64,000 nucleotides of DNA from Candidatus Latescibacterota bacterium (GCA_965205655.1 CBDBIJ010000091.1:23593-87592); one strand, 5' to 3'. Counted from the stretch's first letter, positions 1 to 10,104 are shown. Translations and numbers: made by a program. Notes: generated by a model from the sequence alone, not told the origin.

Positions 1-29
1 ACCATCCAGCAGATCGTTCGGTGGCGCAT
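1..29 (-). CDS. 5' end of a gene running off the window edge (MRHRTICWM...)
   Basis: ATG at 29 on the minus strand, 14 nt after the stop of 44..1852, preceded by purine-rich GAGAAAGAGAGAAA. Only 9 codons visible. Confidence 0.4.
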
Positions 30-43
30 GATTTCTCTCTTTC

Positions 44-1852
44 TCAGTAGGCCACGGCCACGAGGCGGACAAGAGTCTCGTCGCCTTCATCGGTCTCGAC
101 CTCGACCCGAAGCAGGTACAACCCCGGAGGGACGAGATCTTGCGCATCGTCTCTTCCGTCCCAGGTCAGCGTCATTGGTCCAGATAGACCCAAGTCATTG
201 TGTATCTCGCTGACCTGCAGTCCCGCCAAATCGTGTACGACAGCCCTCGTCCTGACGTGATTCGTGGCCTTCAGCAGAATGTACTCCAGGCTCACCGCAT
301 CGTTGGCGCCATCGCCATTCGGAGTCAGGACCGGAGAGGATAGCCGGACGCGGGCGATGAGGGGGTCCTCGACGCCCGCCTTCACTACGAGGGCATCGCC
401 GTCAAGAGCCTCATTGGCGTCACCGGCGACGACGTACTGTGGGAACCCATCGTACTGGCTGTCGACTACCTGGCCTCGAAACTCGGTGCCAGCCACGGTA
501 AGCAGCGCTTCGAAGTCCACTTCTACCATCTGGCCCGAGGCTTCCACCCGGTCGCCCTCAAACGCGACTGCAAGCTGATTCGATGCGGCAATCCAGGTCG
601 GATCGAATTGGACGGAAGCTCCGTCGACGCGCACAGCGGTTGCTCGAGCCTCAAAAGGGGTTGTGATGAAAACGGTGTCAAAGCCCGGTTGGCCAGATGA
701 AAGCACGGATCGAAGGTGGTAGGTGAAGGCGGTCGTGTCACCGAGCACGGCCTCGGCGGGCGAGATTTCACCGACAACGGAATCTGCGATAGCCGGGACC
801 GAGTACAGAATGGTCAATGAATCGACGACGGCCCTGTCGCGAACCCCGTTCGAGCTGAAGTCGAGATCGAACTGCACCCACTGCCTCGCGTCCGGCGAGT
901 CGAACGGCCCCTCGAGGTAGGGGTACGAAGGGCTCCAGGGGCTCCAGTCGCGGTTGTTTACCACACTGAAACTCCGGAACGAGCGAAGCTGGCCGGACGG
1001 GACCTCATCCCTGGTGATTTCCCTCACCTGGCCGGCAATACCGGTTGGCATGAAAAAGAGGGAGTCGTCGGCTGCGGACCCGGATTTGGTGCGCAACGTG
1101 ACACGCGCCGCGGGATCGATACGGGAGTGGACCTGCATCGGTCCGAAATTCGCCGGCTCCTGCAGGTCGAGGACTTCGCTCACATAGCTCGCGGTGCGCG
1201 TTACGCCGATGCCGTACACCTCCATATCCCCCATGAGAAAGAAGCCCTGATCAGTGGTGCTGCGTAACCTGAGGAAACGGATTCGCTCGACGGGGAACTG
1301 AAGATCCAGCTCTATGTCCGAGTGGTTGGGGTCAGCAGCAAACAGGGTATACACAGGGTCCGAACCTCTGAAATTGCTGCCGTTGCTGACGTACAACTCG
1401 TAACCCCGGAGGGACAGAGAGCCGAGGTCTATGAAGCGTTCGAAGGATTGCCAATTCGGGTCATTGGGGTCGCTGCCGCGCAGGAGACGTATGCGATGCA
1501 GAAAGTAGGTTCCCTTCAGGTCGATTTCGAGCTCCGCCCCCTTGGTGTGGACCCACACCCGCCATCCGGTTCCGTAGTCACCGTCGGTGAGGTCGGCCAT
1601 GATAGATCCCTCGTCCACCGCCGCGGTCACCGAGGTCACGGCCTTTCCGCCGGTTCCCGGCAACAGGTTCTTCGTGCTGTCCAACTCCACGGGAGACAGG
1701 CGGTTGCCGGCTGTTGATAGGCCCTTCAAAACGAGATCGTGATCTGTCCAGGTCCGACCGGACCCGCCGAATTTGAGGGTCGAGACTCTAGCCGCCACTC
1801 CGCCAGAGGATATCGCCAAGGCAGCCAGAATCAGGATCAAGATTCGCGTCAT
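44..1852 (-). CDS. Secreted discoidin (F5/8C)-like protein with FlgD-Ig / gliding-motility-type C-terminal domain
   Basis: Signal peptide MTRILILILAALAISSGGVAA; LTDGD..W..IDL discoidin-like motif; WSPWS; C-terminal LTPNGDGAND...WDGRDD..VPPGLY...VAVAY. TGATG-coupled to the upstream gene. Confidence 0.8.
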   Translation of the reverse strand: MTRILILILAALAISSGGVAARVSTLKFGGSGRTWTDHDLVLKGLSTAGNRLSPVELDSTKNLLPGTGGKAVTSVTAAVDEGSIMADLTDGDYGTGWRVWVHTKGAELEIDLKGTYFLHRIRLLRGSDPNDPNWQSFERFIDLGSLSLRGYELYVSNGSNFRGSDPVYTLFAADPNHSDIELDLQFPVERIRFLRLRSTTDQGFFLMGDMEVYGIGVTRTASYVSEVLDLQEPANFGPMQVHSRIDPAARVTLRTKSGSAADDSLFFMPTGIAGQVREITRDEVPSGQLRSFRSFSVVNNRDWSPWSPSYPYLEGPFDSPDARQWVQFDLDFSSNGVRDRAVVDSLTILYSVPAIADSVVGEISPAEAVLGDTTAFTYHLRSVLSSGQPGFDTVFITTPFEARATAVRVDGASVQFDPTWIAASNQLAVAFEGDRVEASGQMVEVDFEALLTVAGTEFRGQVVDSQYDGFPQYVVAGDANEALDGDALVVKAGVEDPLIARVRLSSPVLTPNGDGANDAVSLEYILLKATNHVRTRAVVHDLAGLQVSEIHNDLGLSGPMTLTWDGRDDAQDLVPPGLYLLRVEVETDEGDETLVRLVAVAY

Positions 1853-3930
1853 CAGTAGGCCAGGCGCACGAGCCGAGTCTGTGTTTCGGAGCCGGTATCT
1901 GTCGAAACCGAGAGCCGAAGCAGGTAGAGCCCGGGAGGCACGAGCCGCTCATGGTCATCGCGGCCGTCCCAGGAGTCGAGCGAGGTTGACGCGGGACCGT
2001 TGGGCTGATCGGCCTGCAATTGGCGCACCCGCCGGCCGGTTAGATTGTGAAGTGTCAGCTCCACGGGTACGGCGGCCAACGCCTTCATGAGGACGTAGGT
2101 GATCGTCAGCTCGTCGTTGATTCCATCTCCGTTCGGGGTGAATACGGCAGGCTCGACCTGAAGATCCTTCAGCAAGGTCCGCAGCAATTCTCCGTGGATG
2201 GAGAGTCTATCCGCGTCGGAGTCCGCTGTGGCGTCGCCGGGCAGCACCTCCTGGCCGAACTCTCCCCTTCCAAAGTCGAAAATCCGACCGGAGAACCTGG
2301 TTCCGAAAACGGTGACGAGACCGCGGAAGCGGACCTTCAGGACCTGGTCCGAACTCTGGATGCGGCGCTCCATGAGCCGCACGGTCAAGCTGTTGGGATC
2401 GTCGAGGCCGATTTCCTCGAATTGATCCGGCGGTACCGTCTCTCCGTCCAGCTCGACGGATTCGAGAATTGCCGGGAATGGAGTCGTGATGCGAATGGCG
2501 TCCAGTCCCGGAACGCCTCCCGGCTCCACCAGAATCTGATACTCATACGACACCGCGGACTCTCTTTCCGGGTCAGTGAAAGAGGCATCGCTGACGTCTT
2601 CTATCCGCGCGATCACCTCGAACCGGCCGTCGTCGACGGGCCGTCGCTCGACTCGATACGCCCCGAAACTGGCGCCCGAGAATGGACTCCACCGCAAGTT
2701 AGCCGAGGTACCCTGAGCCCCGATCTGGACGGCGAGCAATGGCGCTTCGATGGCGAACTCCGGACGGATGAAGTAGTCGAAAGTCTGCTCCTGTCCCAGG
2801 ACGACGGTGGCGGGGATGATCTCACCCACCACGCCCCCCCCGGCCAGCGACGGGGTGGAGAATTCGATCTCGAAGGACTCGACGGCCGCGGTCTGGCGAA
2901 CGTGACCGGAAGTGAAGAGGAGACGAAACTGGACAAATTGCCTGTTGCCAGCAGATCGGAACTGGTCCGACAGGTCGCCGGAGGGAGCCGACCAGCGACT
3001 CCAGTCCTCCAGGTTGTCCCGCTCCACACGGTCATCGGAATTGAGCGTGGCGAATATCGCGGCGGCTTGCGGAAAACCCACAGGTTGGATCGGCTCTTCC
3101 GTTATTCCGCCTGCCCGGAGGTCTTCGACCTTCCGGTAATAGATGTGCGGGTCGAGCACCGAACCAGTACGGGTCTGTAGCACGACGTCGGTCTCGGGAT
3201 CCCGCAGCACCGACGCAAACATGTCGCCGAAGTTCGCCGGTTCCTTCAGATCTCTGATCTGCGAGGTGAACTGACCGGTTGGCGCGAAGCCGTCTCCAAA
3301 GACCTCCAACTCAGTGATGGTGAAGATCTTCTCAGCGCGGTTTTCCAGTTTGATGAACCTCACGTACTGCAAAGGGAAGGCCATATCGATGACGGGGGAG
3401 TCCTCATCGGCACTTGAGAGCTTCGGATCCCCGAAGTCGATCGGGAGATCATGGCGCAGCCTTTCCGGATCGCCGTCGTGCAGGAACAGTTCCCACGCAC
3501 GCATGAAGCTCTCCTCTTTGCCGCTGACAATGATCCGTTCGATCGGCAGAATCGCTCCCAGGTCGATGCGCACGGAAAACCCGGTAAAGTCCGTCCGCTT
3601 TGCCGGGGGCTGCCAGGAGGTGGCGTGGTTGTCATCGGTCAGCGGAAGGATGAGATTGGCGTGTTTGTCCTGCGCTGCGAAAATATGTCCGCCGCGCTCT
3701 TTGATGTCAGATAGAGCGTCCCTGGCAGGATCCACTCGCGACAGTCTCAGGACGCCGTTCACAGTAGAGACCCCCTCAAGCTCGCCGATATCCTCCCAAT
3801 CGATACCGCCAACACCGATGCGCAAGATGTCGGCAGCCGCCACCGGGCCAACGCCAAGGGGGAGGCAGACCGCAGCCGACGAGATCAATACGATCAGGAT
3901 CGACATGACTGGATCGCGGTTGCGAGTCAT
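1852..3930 (-). CDS. Secreted discoidin-like protein with inserted FN3-like domain and FlgD-Ig/TPNGDG C-terminal domain (paralog of 44..1852)
   Basis: Signal peptide; IDLGAILPIERI; DLKEPANFG; WSRWS; FN3-like LRW..Y.VER...FTD....YEY segment; FTPNGDGIND...WDGRDD..VPPGLY...VRLAY. Confidence 0.8.
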   Translation of the reverse strand: MTRNRDPVMSILIVLISSAAVCLPLGVGPVAAADILRIGVGGIDWEDIGELEGVSTVNGVLRLSRVDPARDALSDIKERGGHIFAAQDKHANLILPLTDDNHATSWQPPAKRTDFTGFSVRIDLGAILPIERIIVSGKEESFMRAWELFLHDGDPERLRHDLPIDFGDPKLSSADEDSPVIDMAFPLQYVRFIKLENRAEKIFTITELEVFGDGFAPTGQFTSQIRDLKEPANFGDMFASVLRDPETDVVLQTRTGSVLDPHIYYRKVEDLRAGGITEEPIQPVGFPQAAAIFATLNSDDRVERDNLEDWSRWSAPSGDLSDQFRSAGNRQFVQFRLLFTSGHVRQTAAVESFEIEFSTPSLAGGGVVGEIIPATVVLGQEQTFDYFIRPEFAIEAPLLAVQIGAQGTSANLRWSPFSGASFGAYRVERRPVDDGRFEVIARIEDVSDASFTDPERESAVSYEYQILVEPGGVPGLDAIRITTPFPAILESVELDGETVPPDQFEEIGLDDPNSLTVRLMERRIQSSDQVLKVRFRGLVTVFGTRFSGRIFDFGRGEFGQEVLPGDATADSDADRLSIHGELLRTLLKDLQVEPAVFTPNGDGINDELTITYVLMKALAAVPVELTLHNLTGRRVRQLQADQPNGPASTSLDSWDGRDDHERLVPPGLYLLRLSVSTDTGSETQTRLVRLAY

Positions 3931-3956
3931 CTCTTCATCTTTGCACCAAAGCCAAG

Positions 3957-3990
3957 AAAAAAAGGGGAGGGGAATGGCTCCCCTCCCCTT
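3957..3990 (-). terminator. Rho-independent terminator of 4032..4934
   Basis: Perfect 12-bp stem AAGGGGAGGGGA (3962-3973) / TCCCCTCCCCTT (3979-3990) with a 5-nt loop. The A-run at 3957-3963 gives a U-tract on the minus strand. Confidence 0.85.
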
Positions 3991-4031
3991 CGGGACTGAA
4001 TGGAACTGCCGCCAGGTGGCGACGGGTTTCT

Positions 4032-4934
4032 CTACAGGCCTTGACCGGACAGGGCCTTGATCTGGCCCCAGGAGGTCGCCTGGACCGCCGTGGCTCCCGC
4101 TGGAACAGGAGTCAAGTAGACGTCCGGGATGCCGCCGTCATTGACGAAGGCCTCGGCCGTGGAAACGGCGAGCTGCCAGTAATTCTGGCCTTCCACTCCG
4201 CCTTCCCCGCCGCCCTGGTTGATGCCGGGATCGGCGTCAGAGATGAACTGCGCCAAGCCGGTGGTAAAATCGGGCGTCAGCGTAAAGACGGTGCTGGCGT
4301 CCGGGCCGTCGGTGGCATGCCAGGGGTCGAACAGACGGGCGTCCCACTCATAGGTGGTTTCCTCGCCAATTCGAGTGATTGCCCGGCGAAAGAATCCCGA
4401 CGATGCCCACCAGTGGTCCGGGCAATTCCCACTGCACTCACCGCGAAAGCTGGTGATCAGGGGAAAGAAAGCCGGATCCTGGCGGTTGCCAAAGCTGACC
4501 TGCATGGTGACGCGGTCGAGCTCCTCAGCGGCCTGGCCGTGGGGTCCACTGCCCTGATTGTCCGGATCGAAGATCAACTCCATGGAGTCTTCGAAGAAAG
4601 GACAGATGTTCAGGCCGAAGTCGACGATCTCAACATCGTCGTGGACTTCGCAGATGCCAGCCAGCTTGTTGGTGGCACCATCCCAGCCGTAGAGTATCTG
4701 GGCGAAGAAGTCGTCCGCATCGGTCGCCTCTCCCTTGACGACGAACATGTCATCGGAGGTGATCTCGAAGCCTGACCTGTTGGCCCAGCCCCAATCACCA
4801 CTGCGGCCGTCGATGGTGGGAGTGCCACCCGGCGGGATTCCTATAGCAGAGTACAGGGGCACCTCTGCCGGCTCCTGGGCCACGGCGATCGTGGCAACCA
4901 GGGCTACTAACACAGCTGAAAAAAGCGTGCGCAT
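4032..4934 (-). CDS. Secreted CBM9/DOMON-like sugar-binding domain protein with C-terminal TAV-x3-SWG-x2-K motif
   Basis: Signal peptide (AVA|QE); PTIDG..DW, YGWD, EVHDD and DSMELIFD motifs typical of CBM9-like domains; ends TAVQATSWGQIKALSGQGL; strong SD AAGGAGG. Confidence 0.75.
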   Translation of the reverse strand: MRTLFSAVLVALVATIAVAQEPAEVPLYSAIGIPPGGTPTIDGRSGDWGWANRSGFEITSDDMFVVKGEATDADDFFAQILYGWDGATNKLAGICEVHDDVEIVDFGLNICPFFEDSMELIFDPDNQGSGPHGQAAEELDRVTMQVSFGNRQDPAFFPLITSFRGECSGNCPDHWWASSGFFRRAITRIGEETTYEWDARLFDPWHATDGPDASTVFTLTPDFTTGLAQFISDADPGINQGGGEGGVEGQNYWQLAVSTAEAFVNDGGIPDVYLTPVPAGATAVQATSWGQIKALSGQGL

Positions 4935-4942
4935 ACGCTTCC

Positions 4943-5024
4943 TCCTTCAGAAGGATGAAACTTTGACGCGAGCCCGCGTCAAAGGTGGATTAAAAACAGC
5001 ACCTATTTATTAAAAACAGCACCT
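4943..5024 (-). promoter_or_regulatory. Structured 5' leader: 16-bp direct repeat, perfect hairpin and SD-occluding hairpin
   Basis: ATTAAAAACAGCACCT at 4989-5004 and 5009-5024; CTTTGACGCG-agcc-CGCGTCAAAG at 4961-4984; TCCTT-cag-AAGGA at 4943-4955 overlapping the SD. Confidence 0.55.
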
Positions 5025-5067
5025 TAGGTACACCGAAATGATCGCACCGCTAACACCTAAGATGTCT

Positions 5068-5095
5068 AAAGTAACTCGTGTAACTTCGAAGTCAA
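5068..5095 (-). promoter_or_regulatory. Candidate sigma70 promoter for 4032..4934
   Basis: Minus strand TTGACT-16 nt-TACTTT in an AT-rich intergenic region. Confidence 0.5.
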
Positions 5096-5109
5096 GCGAT
5101 TTGTGCGCC

Positions 5110-6801
5110 TCAGCCGCCTCTCCCGGCCGGATCGCCATCGGAAAGGAAGGCTTGCAGGTGGTCCTCGTAGATGGTGACCCGATCTTCGTATCTCTCGGTG
5201 AGCTGTCCGAGAAACTCGTCGAACCTTTGCCTGGAGAGCTCCTGGCGCAGTTCCTTCGCCGCCCGGAACCTCGCCTTCTCAAAGGGCAGATGATAGCCCG
5301 GCCTCCTGCCGAGAACCCGAAAAACGGAGTAGCCTCGATAGGTCTTGACCGGCCCGACGAGCTCACCCACTTCGGCGTCTGCCGCTTCGTAGCCGAGTCG
5401 TTCGTAGGTGTGGCGCTTCACCAGGCGCACACGCCCACCGGCGCGGCGAACGTTGGGGCTGCGGATGGAATGCCGCCTCGCCAGGTCGTCGAAATCCGCG
5501 CCGCCTTCGAGCAGGCTCCGGAGGGAATCGGACTCTGCCCGGGACTTCACCAACACCTCCTGGATGCTGACGTGGTCATCGATGACGTACTCGTCCCGGT
5601 TTTCCTCGAAATATCGCCGAATCTCGTCCTCGGACAGATTGATCCTCTCCTCGACCTCTACCTCCACGATGCGGTCCACGAGGGCTGCGCGCAGGGTCCT
5701 TTTCACTCCCTTTTCGACGTACTCCGTTTCGCGCAGACCGAGCTCATCGGCCCATCCCGTCAGCAGGCTCTTGTGAGCGAACAGGCGGCGGGCGTAGAGA
5801 CGCAGATCCTCGACCGTCCTGATCTCCACCTGTTGGCCGCGTTCGCTGCGAATGGCCGACATGAACTGACCGATGGTCCAGCTCTCTCCCTCGGCACTCA
5901 GCAGAGGTTTGCGCCCCTCGTTTTTTCCGAGTTTCGGCTGCTCATCCCCGGCCTCGGTGAAGCGGGCGAAAAGCAGTTGCAGCGCCTCATTTCGTTCCCG
6001 CACCCCGGCGCGCTCGGCCAGATCCTCGAGAAACCTGGCCGTCGTCACAGCCCGATTCTGCTCACGCACCACCTGCTCGACCTCAACGGCGACGGAATCG
6101 AAGGGGACGTGGCGCAGGTCGGTCACCATGAGCCAGGTGAACTCGCCTTTTCCCTCGGGGATCGGTCCGATAAGCTCTCCCACGACGGCTTTGAAAACCG
6201 CGCTCACCAATTTCGGCGACGAGAGGGACAGGCGGCTCATCCAGCCCATGTCTCCCCCTATCTGAGCCGTTTCACCGTCGTCGGACAGCTCCCGCGCGAG
6301 CTCGGCGAACTCCTCGCCTGAGTCGACGCGAGCCTTCACTTCACGGGCGGTATCGGGATCACCCACGAGGATGCGGCGGAGGCGGCGCTGTTCACCAATG
6401 TGATAGCGGTCGTAAAAATACCGGGCCTCTTCTTTCGTCACCTCCGTCGACTCCTCGAGAATGCCGCGGCGATAGAGCTCCTCCACGAGCAGCTGACGCT
6501 CATGATCATCCACTCTGGACGTCACCCTCCAATCGTGCTGGAGACCCCGCGCCCTGGCCGCGATGACGAACAGCTCGGTTTCGATCAAACGCTGAAGGGC
6601 GCGACGCTCCACGTCATCGGCGCGGGGGACGCCCTCGACGTAGAGCGTTTCCAACGCTTCTTCGACGCTTTCGACGGTCAACTCCCTCTCTCCGACTCTG
6701 GCGAGGACCCGATTGTCGACGGGCTCGTCAAGCGGCGAATCGCAGCCCAGGAGAGCAGTTGCGAGTACGGGAATGCAGGCGAAAACGCGCGGAAGGTGCA
6801 C
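5110..6801 (-). CDS. SurA/PrsA-like parvulin (PpiC) lipoprotein with two rotamase domains
   Basis: Lipobox LLGC; VLARVGERELT; GEEFAELARELSDD..GGDMGW and GADFDDLARRHS..GG motifs; GELVGPVKT. Confidence 0.85.
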   Translation of the reverse strand: MHLPRVFACIPVLATALLGCDSPLDEPVDNRVLARVGERELTVESVEEALETLYVEGVPRADDVERRALQRLIETELFVIAARARGLQHDWRVTSRVDDHERQLLVEELYRRGILEESTEVTKEEARYFYDRYHIGEQRRLRRILVGDPDTAREVKARVDSGEEFAELARELSDDGETAQIGGDMGWMSRLSLSSPKLVSAVFKAVVGELIGPIPEGKGEFTWLMVTDLRHVPFDSVAVEVEQVVREQNRAVTTARFLEDLAERAGVRERNEALQLLFARFTEAGDEQPKLGKNEGRKPLLSAEGESWTIGQFMSAIRSERGQQVEIRTVEDLRLYARRLFAHKSLLTGWADELGLRETEYVEKGVKRTLRAALVDRIVEVEVEERINLSEDEIRRYFEENRDEYVIDDHVSIQEVLVKSRAESDSLRSLLEGGADFDDLARRHSIRSPNVRRAGGRVRLVKRHTYERLGYEAADAEVGELVGPVKTYRGYSVFRVLGRRPGYHLPFEKARFRAAKELRQELSRQRFDEFLGQLTERYEDRVTIYEDHLQAFLSDGDPAGRGG

Positions 6802-6997
6802 GGAAAATGCTCCGAAAAGAGGTTTGCAGAAGTATAACGCGGCGAAACGGAGCGGACCACAGCCGTGGCTCGCAATGTCTCAATCGGGGGTTTCTCTGTA
6901 GATTTTTGAAGGTGCGTAGACGTCGTGTGCGCCAGCTGCTGCGCACAAGAACGTCGCCGAGGGGCGCTCGAGGAGAGGAAAAGGGAAAGGTGAGAGA

Positions 6998-8653
6998 ATG
7001 AAGCTCGAGGCGCGGTTACTCCCGCTGGCCGTCGTCGCCTCCGTGGCCGGTTCTGCGGGAGCGGTGCCGCATTTCACCGATGTCACCGAAGACGCCGGAA
7101 TCGATTTCCTGCACGCAAACGGGGCGAGCGGTCGAAAGTACGTGATCGAGACCGTCGGCCCCGGCGTCGGCTTCCTCGATGTCGACGGCGACGGCAACCT
7201 CGACATCTACTTGATCAACGGTGCCGAGGTACCCGGTACGGTGCTGGCCGAAAAGCCGACGAACGTCATTTACCTAAATGAGGATGGCGTTCGCTTTCGC
7301 GACGTGACCGCGGCCACGGGCGCCGGCGACACAGGGTACGGCCTGGGATGCGCGGCCGCCGACATCGACAACGACGGCGATGAAGATCTCTACGTGACCA
7401 ATTTCGGACCGAACGTCCTCTATCGAAACGACGGCGACTGGCCGGGCGGTCGCTTCACCGACATCACGGCCACGGCCGGCGTGGCGGCCGGGCTGTTCAG
7501 CAGCAGCAGCGCCTTTGCGGACGTCGACGGCGACGGATCGGTCGACCTGTTCGTCGCCAACTACAACGACTTTTCCTACGAGAACCACGTGATTTGCCGC
7601 GCCGCCGGCAGCGATCTGCAGCTCTACTGCGGACCGGAGGCCTATGTGGGCGTTCGCGACATCCTCTACCACAACAGCGGAGACGGCAGTTTCGAAGACG
7701 TGACCGAGTCGGCGGGGCTCATCAATGCGACGGGCAAGGAGCTTGGGGTCGTCTTCGGGGATGTAGATGGCGACGGAGATCCGGATCTGTACCTGGCGAA
7801 CGATAAGATGCTGAATTTCCTCTACCTCAACGACGGCAGCGGCCGATTCGAGGAGGTCGGCTATTTCGCCGGTGTCGCTCTCAACGAAGACGGCGAATTC
7901 GAGGCGGGAATGGGTGTGGATATGGGGGATGTGGACAACGACGGCAGGCCAGATTTGTTCGTTACAAACTTCCAATGGGAGACGAATACCCTCTATCGAA
8001 ATATGGGAGACGGCACCTTCGTCGACGACACGTTCAGTTCTGGTCTGGGTCTGGGCAGCATTCCATATTTGAGCTGGGGAACCCGTTTCGTCGATTTCGA
8101 CAACGACGGGGATCGCGATATCTTCATCGCCAACGGCCACCTCGAAAGCGATGTGGCGTTGATCCAGAGCACGACATTCCCGCAACGCAATCAGCTGTTC
8201 CTCAACGACGGTACGGGCAGCTTCCGGGAACATAAGGACGTGGCGGGCAGCGCTCTGGCAATCAAAAAGGTGAGCCGCGGCGCCGCCTTTGGCGACTATG
8301 ACAACGACGGCGATATGGACATTTTGGTGGGCAACTGCGGGGGCACGACGACGCTGATGCGAAACGATGGGGGCAACGAAAACAACTGGCTCCGGCTTCG
8401 CCTGGAGGGGACGGTCAGCAATCGCGCCGCCATCGGCACTCGAGTAGAGCTCGTCAGCGGCGATCTCGTTCAGGTAGACGAGGTGCGCAGCGGTGCGAGC
8501 TACCTGTCCCAGAGTGACCTGCGGCTGTTTTTCGGTCTGGGCTCCCGGGACCGGGTCGACCGGCTCACGGTGATGTGGCCCGGCGGTGCGTCGGATGTCC
8601 ACGAGGGTCTGTCGGTCAACAGGGAAATCATCTTGACCGAGGCGAATCCGTGA
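6998..8653 (+). CDS. CRTAC1-family FG-GAP/VCBS repeat protein with ASPIC/UnbV domain
   Basis: Signal peptide; many DxDxDGxxDL repeats; FTDVT..AG; C-terminal SNRAAIG...GASYLSQS..LFFGLG....V.WPGG. Confidence 0.92.
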   Translation: MKLEARLLPLAVVASVAGSAGAVPHFTDVTEDAGIDFLHANGASGRKYVIETVGPGVGFLDVDGDGNLDIYLINGAEVPGTVLAEKPTNVIYLNEDGVRFRDVTAATGAGDTGYGLGCAAADIDNDGDEDLYVTNFGPNVLYRNDGDWPGGRFTDITATAGVAAGLFSSSSAFADVDGDGSVDLFVANYNDFSYENHVICRAAGSDLQLYCGPEAYVGVRDILYHNSGDGSFEDVTESAGLINATGKELGVVFGDVDGDGDPDLYLANDKMLNFLYLNDGSGRFEEVGYFAGVALNEDGEFEAGMGVDMGDVDNDGRPDLFVTNFQWETNTLYRNMGDGTFVDDTFSSGLGLGSIPYLSWGTRFVDFDNDGDRDIFIANGHLESDVALIQSTTFPQRNQLFLNDGTGSFREHKDVAGSALAIKKVSRGAAFGDYDNDGDMDILVGNCGGTTTLMRNDGGNENNWLRLRLEGTVSNRAAIGTRVELVSGDLVQVDEVRSGASYLSQSDLRLFFGLGSRDRVDRLTVMWPGGASDVHEGLSVNREIILTEANP

Positions 8654-10104
8654 GCGGGACTTCAGCCTTCCTCATCGCCCTCGCCTGCTGGAGCGTATGG
8701 TCGTGCGGGGGTAGTGCAGACCGTGCGGAGCGAACGGCGAGGAGAGAATCCGATGCAGCACTGGTGGAGGAGGCATCACCATCGGCTGCCGAGGCCTCTT
8801 TCGAGCTCGGGGTGAGGCTGGCTCGGGAAGGACGCTACAAGGAGGCGGCCGAAGCCTATCTCAAAGCCCTCGAGGCGGCTCCCGACGACACGAGTACGCT
8901 CTACAATCTCGGCAACGCCTACGTGAATCTGTCCGAGTACCCGAAGGCCATCGAGGTCTACCAGAAGGTACTCGAGCTGGATTCCACCCACGTCTCAGCT
9001 CGTCACAATCTGGCGGGCACCTACTGGAAGCAGCTCAACGCAGCTATGGCGATCGCCGAGTTCGAGAAAGTCCTGGTTCTCGACCCGGACCACGTAACGG
9101 CTCACTACGATCTGGCCTATCTCTACTCGCACCGAGGAGACCACGAACGGGCAGGCACCTATATCGAGACCGGCCTCGAACGCGGGCCCGAGGACCCCGC
9201 GTTCTATCGACTCATCGGCCAGATGCGAACCAAGGAGCTCAAATACGACGAGGCTCGCGCTGCCTTTGAGCGAGCGCTGGAGCTCGACGGCACCCACGCG
9301 GCTACCTTTGCGGACATGGCGAAAGTTGAGCTCAAATCGAAACGCTACGAAGAGGCAATAGTGGCATGTGAGCGGAGCATCGAGCTGGATCCTTTCGCCA
9401 AGGAGCCGCATCTGATGCTCGTGAACGCCCTACGGCGGCTCGGCCGCACCGAGGAGAGCCAGAAAGCGTTCGAGGAGTTCCGCAGGGTGGAGGAGGACTT
9501 CAGAGTCATACGGTCGAACTTGCGAGTCATCCAGAATGACCCCTACCATCACGCCGCGCGCGCCAACCTCGGGCTGCTCTATGGCCGCCACGGGCGGTTG
9601 AAGGAGGCCGCGGAGGCCTATCGCCTGGCGGCGCGCGCCGCGCCAGACAGCGCGCGCTACTTCAACGGTCTGGGCAGTGCCTATTTACGCCTCGAAGAGC
9701 ACGGGTCAGCACTGGCTGCGTTTGACGAAGCGCTGCAGATCGATCCGGAGTTCGCCGACGCCTACTACAATACCGGATTGGTCCATCAGCGATTGCGCCA
9801 GTTCCCCGAGGCCAAAAAGGCCTTTCTGGCGGCGAAAAAGAGGGAGGACGGCGATCCGGACGTGAACTTCGCCCTGGGGCTGATCTACGGCAGGGAGGGC
9901 GACTACGAAAACGCCGCCCTGGCTCTCGAGCAGGTCGTTCGCAGCAGGCCGGAATTCCTCGACGCGCGTCACAAGCTGGCGGTTTCCTATCTGAAACTCC
10001 GTCGGGTCGAGGACAGCAAGCGACACCTCCGGATCTTCAAAGAGATGACGGAGCGGGGCGTGGCCGAGAAGGCCGAGGAAACAGAAAGCAGAAAGGCCAC
10101 ATGA
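8650..10104 (+). CDS. Tetratricopeptide repeat lipoprotein
   Basis: GTG start overlapping the upstream TGA (GTGA); lipobox-like VWSC; multiple TPRs (YNLGNAY...A...Y.K.LELD). Confidence 0.88.
   Translation: MSGTSAFLIALACWSVWSCGGSADRAERTARRESDAALVEEASPSAAEASFELGVRLAREGRYKEAAEAYLKALEAAPDDTSTLYNLGNAYVNLSEYPKAIEVYQKVLELDSTHVSARHNLAGTYWKQLNAAMAIAEFEKVLVLDPDHVTAHYDLAYLYSHRGDHERAGTYIETGLERGPEDPAFYRLIGQMRTKELKYDEARAAFERALELDGTHAATFADMAKVELKSKRYEEAIVACERSIELDPFAKEPHLMLVNALRRLGRTEESQKAFEEFRRVEEDFRVIRSNLRVIQNDPYHHAARANLGLLYGRHGRLKEAAEAYRLAARAAPDSARYFNGLGSAYLRLEEHGSALAAFDEALQIDPEFADAYYNTGLVHQRLRQFPEAKKAFLAAKKREDGDPDVNFALGLIYGREGDYENAALALEQVVRSRPEFLDARHKLAVSYLKLRRVEDSKRHLRIFKEMTERGVAEKAEETESRKAT

Noticed and set aside
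4989..5024. CRISPR-like repeat
   Set aside because: Only two 16-bp copies separated by 4 nt; no spacers or cas genes.
6919..6955. Hairpin TGTGCGC/GCGCACA upstream of the CRTAC1 gene as a riboswitch
   Set aside because: Short GC-rich stem with no recognisable aptamer motif; plausible by chance.
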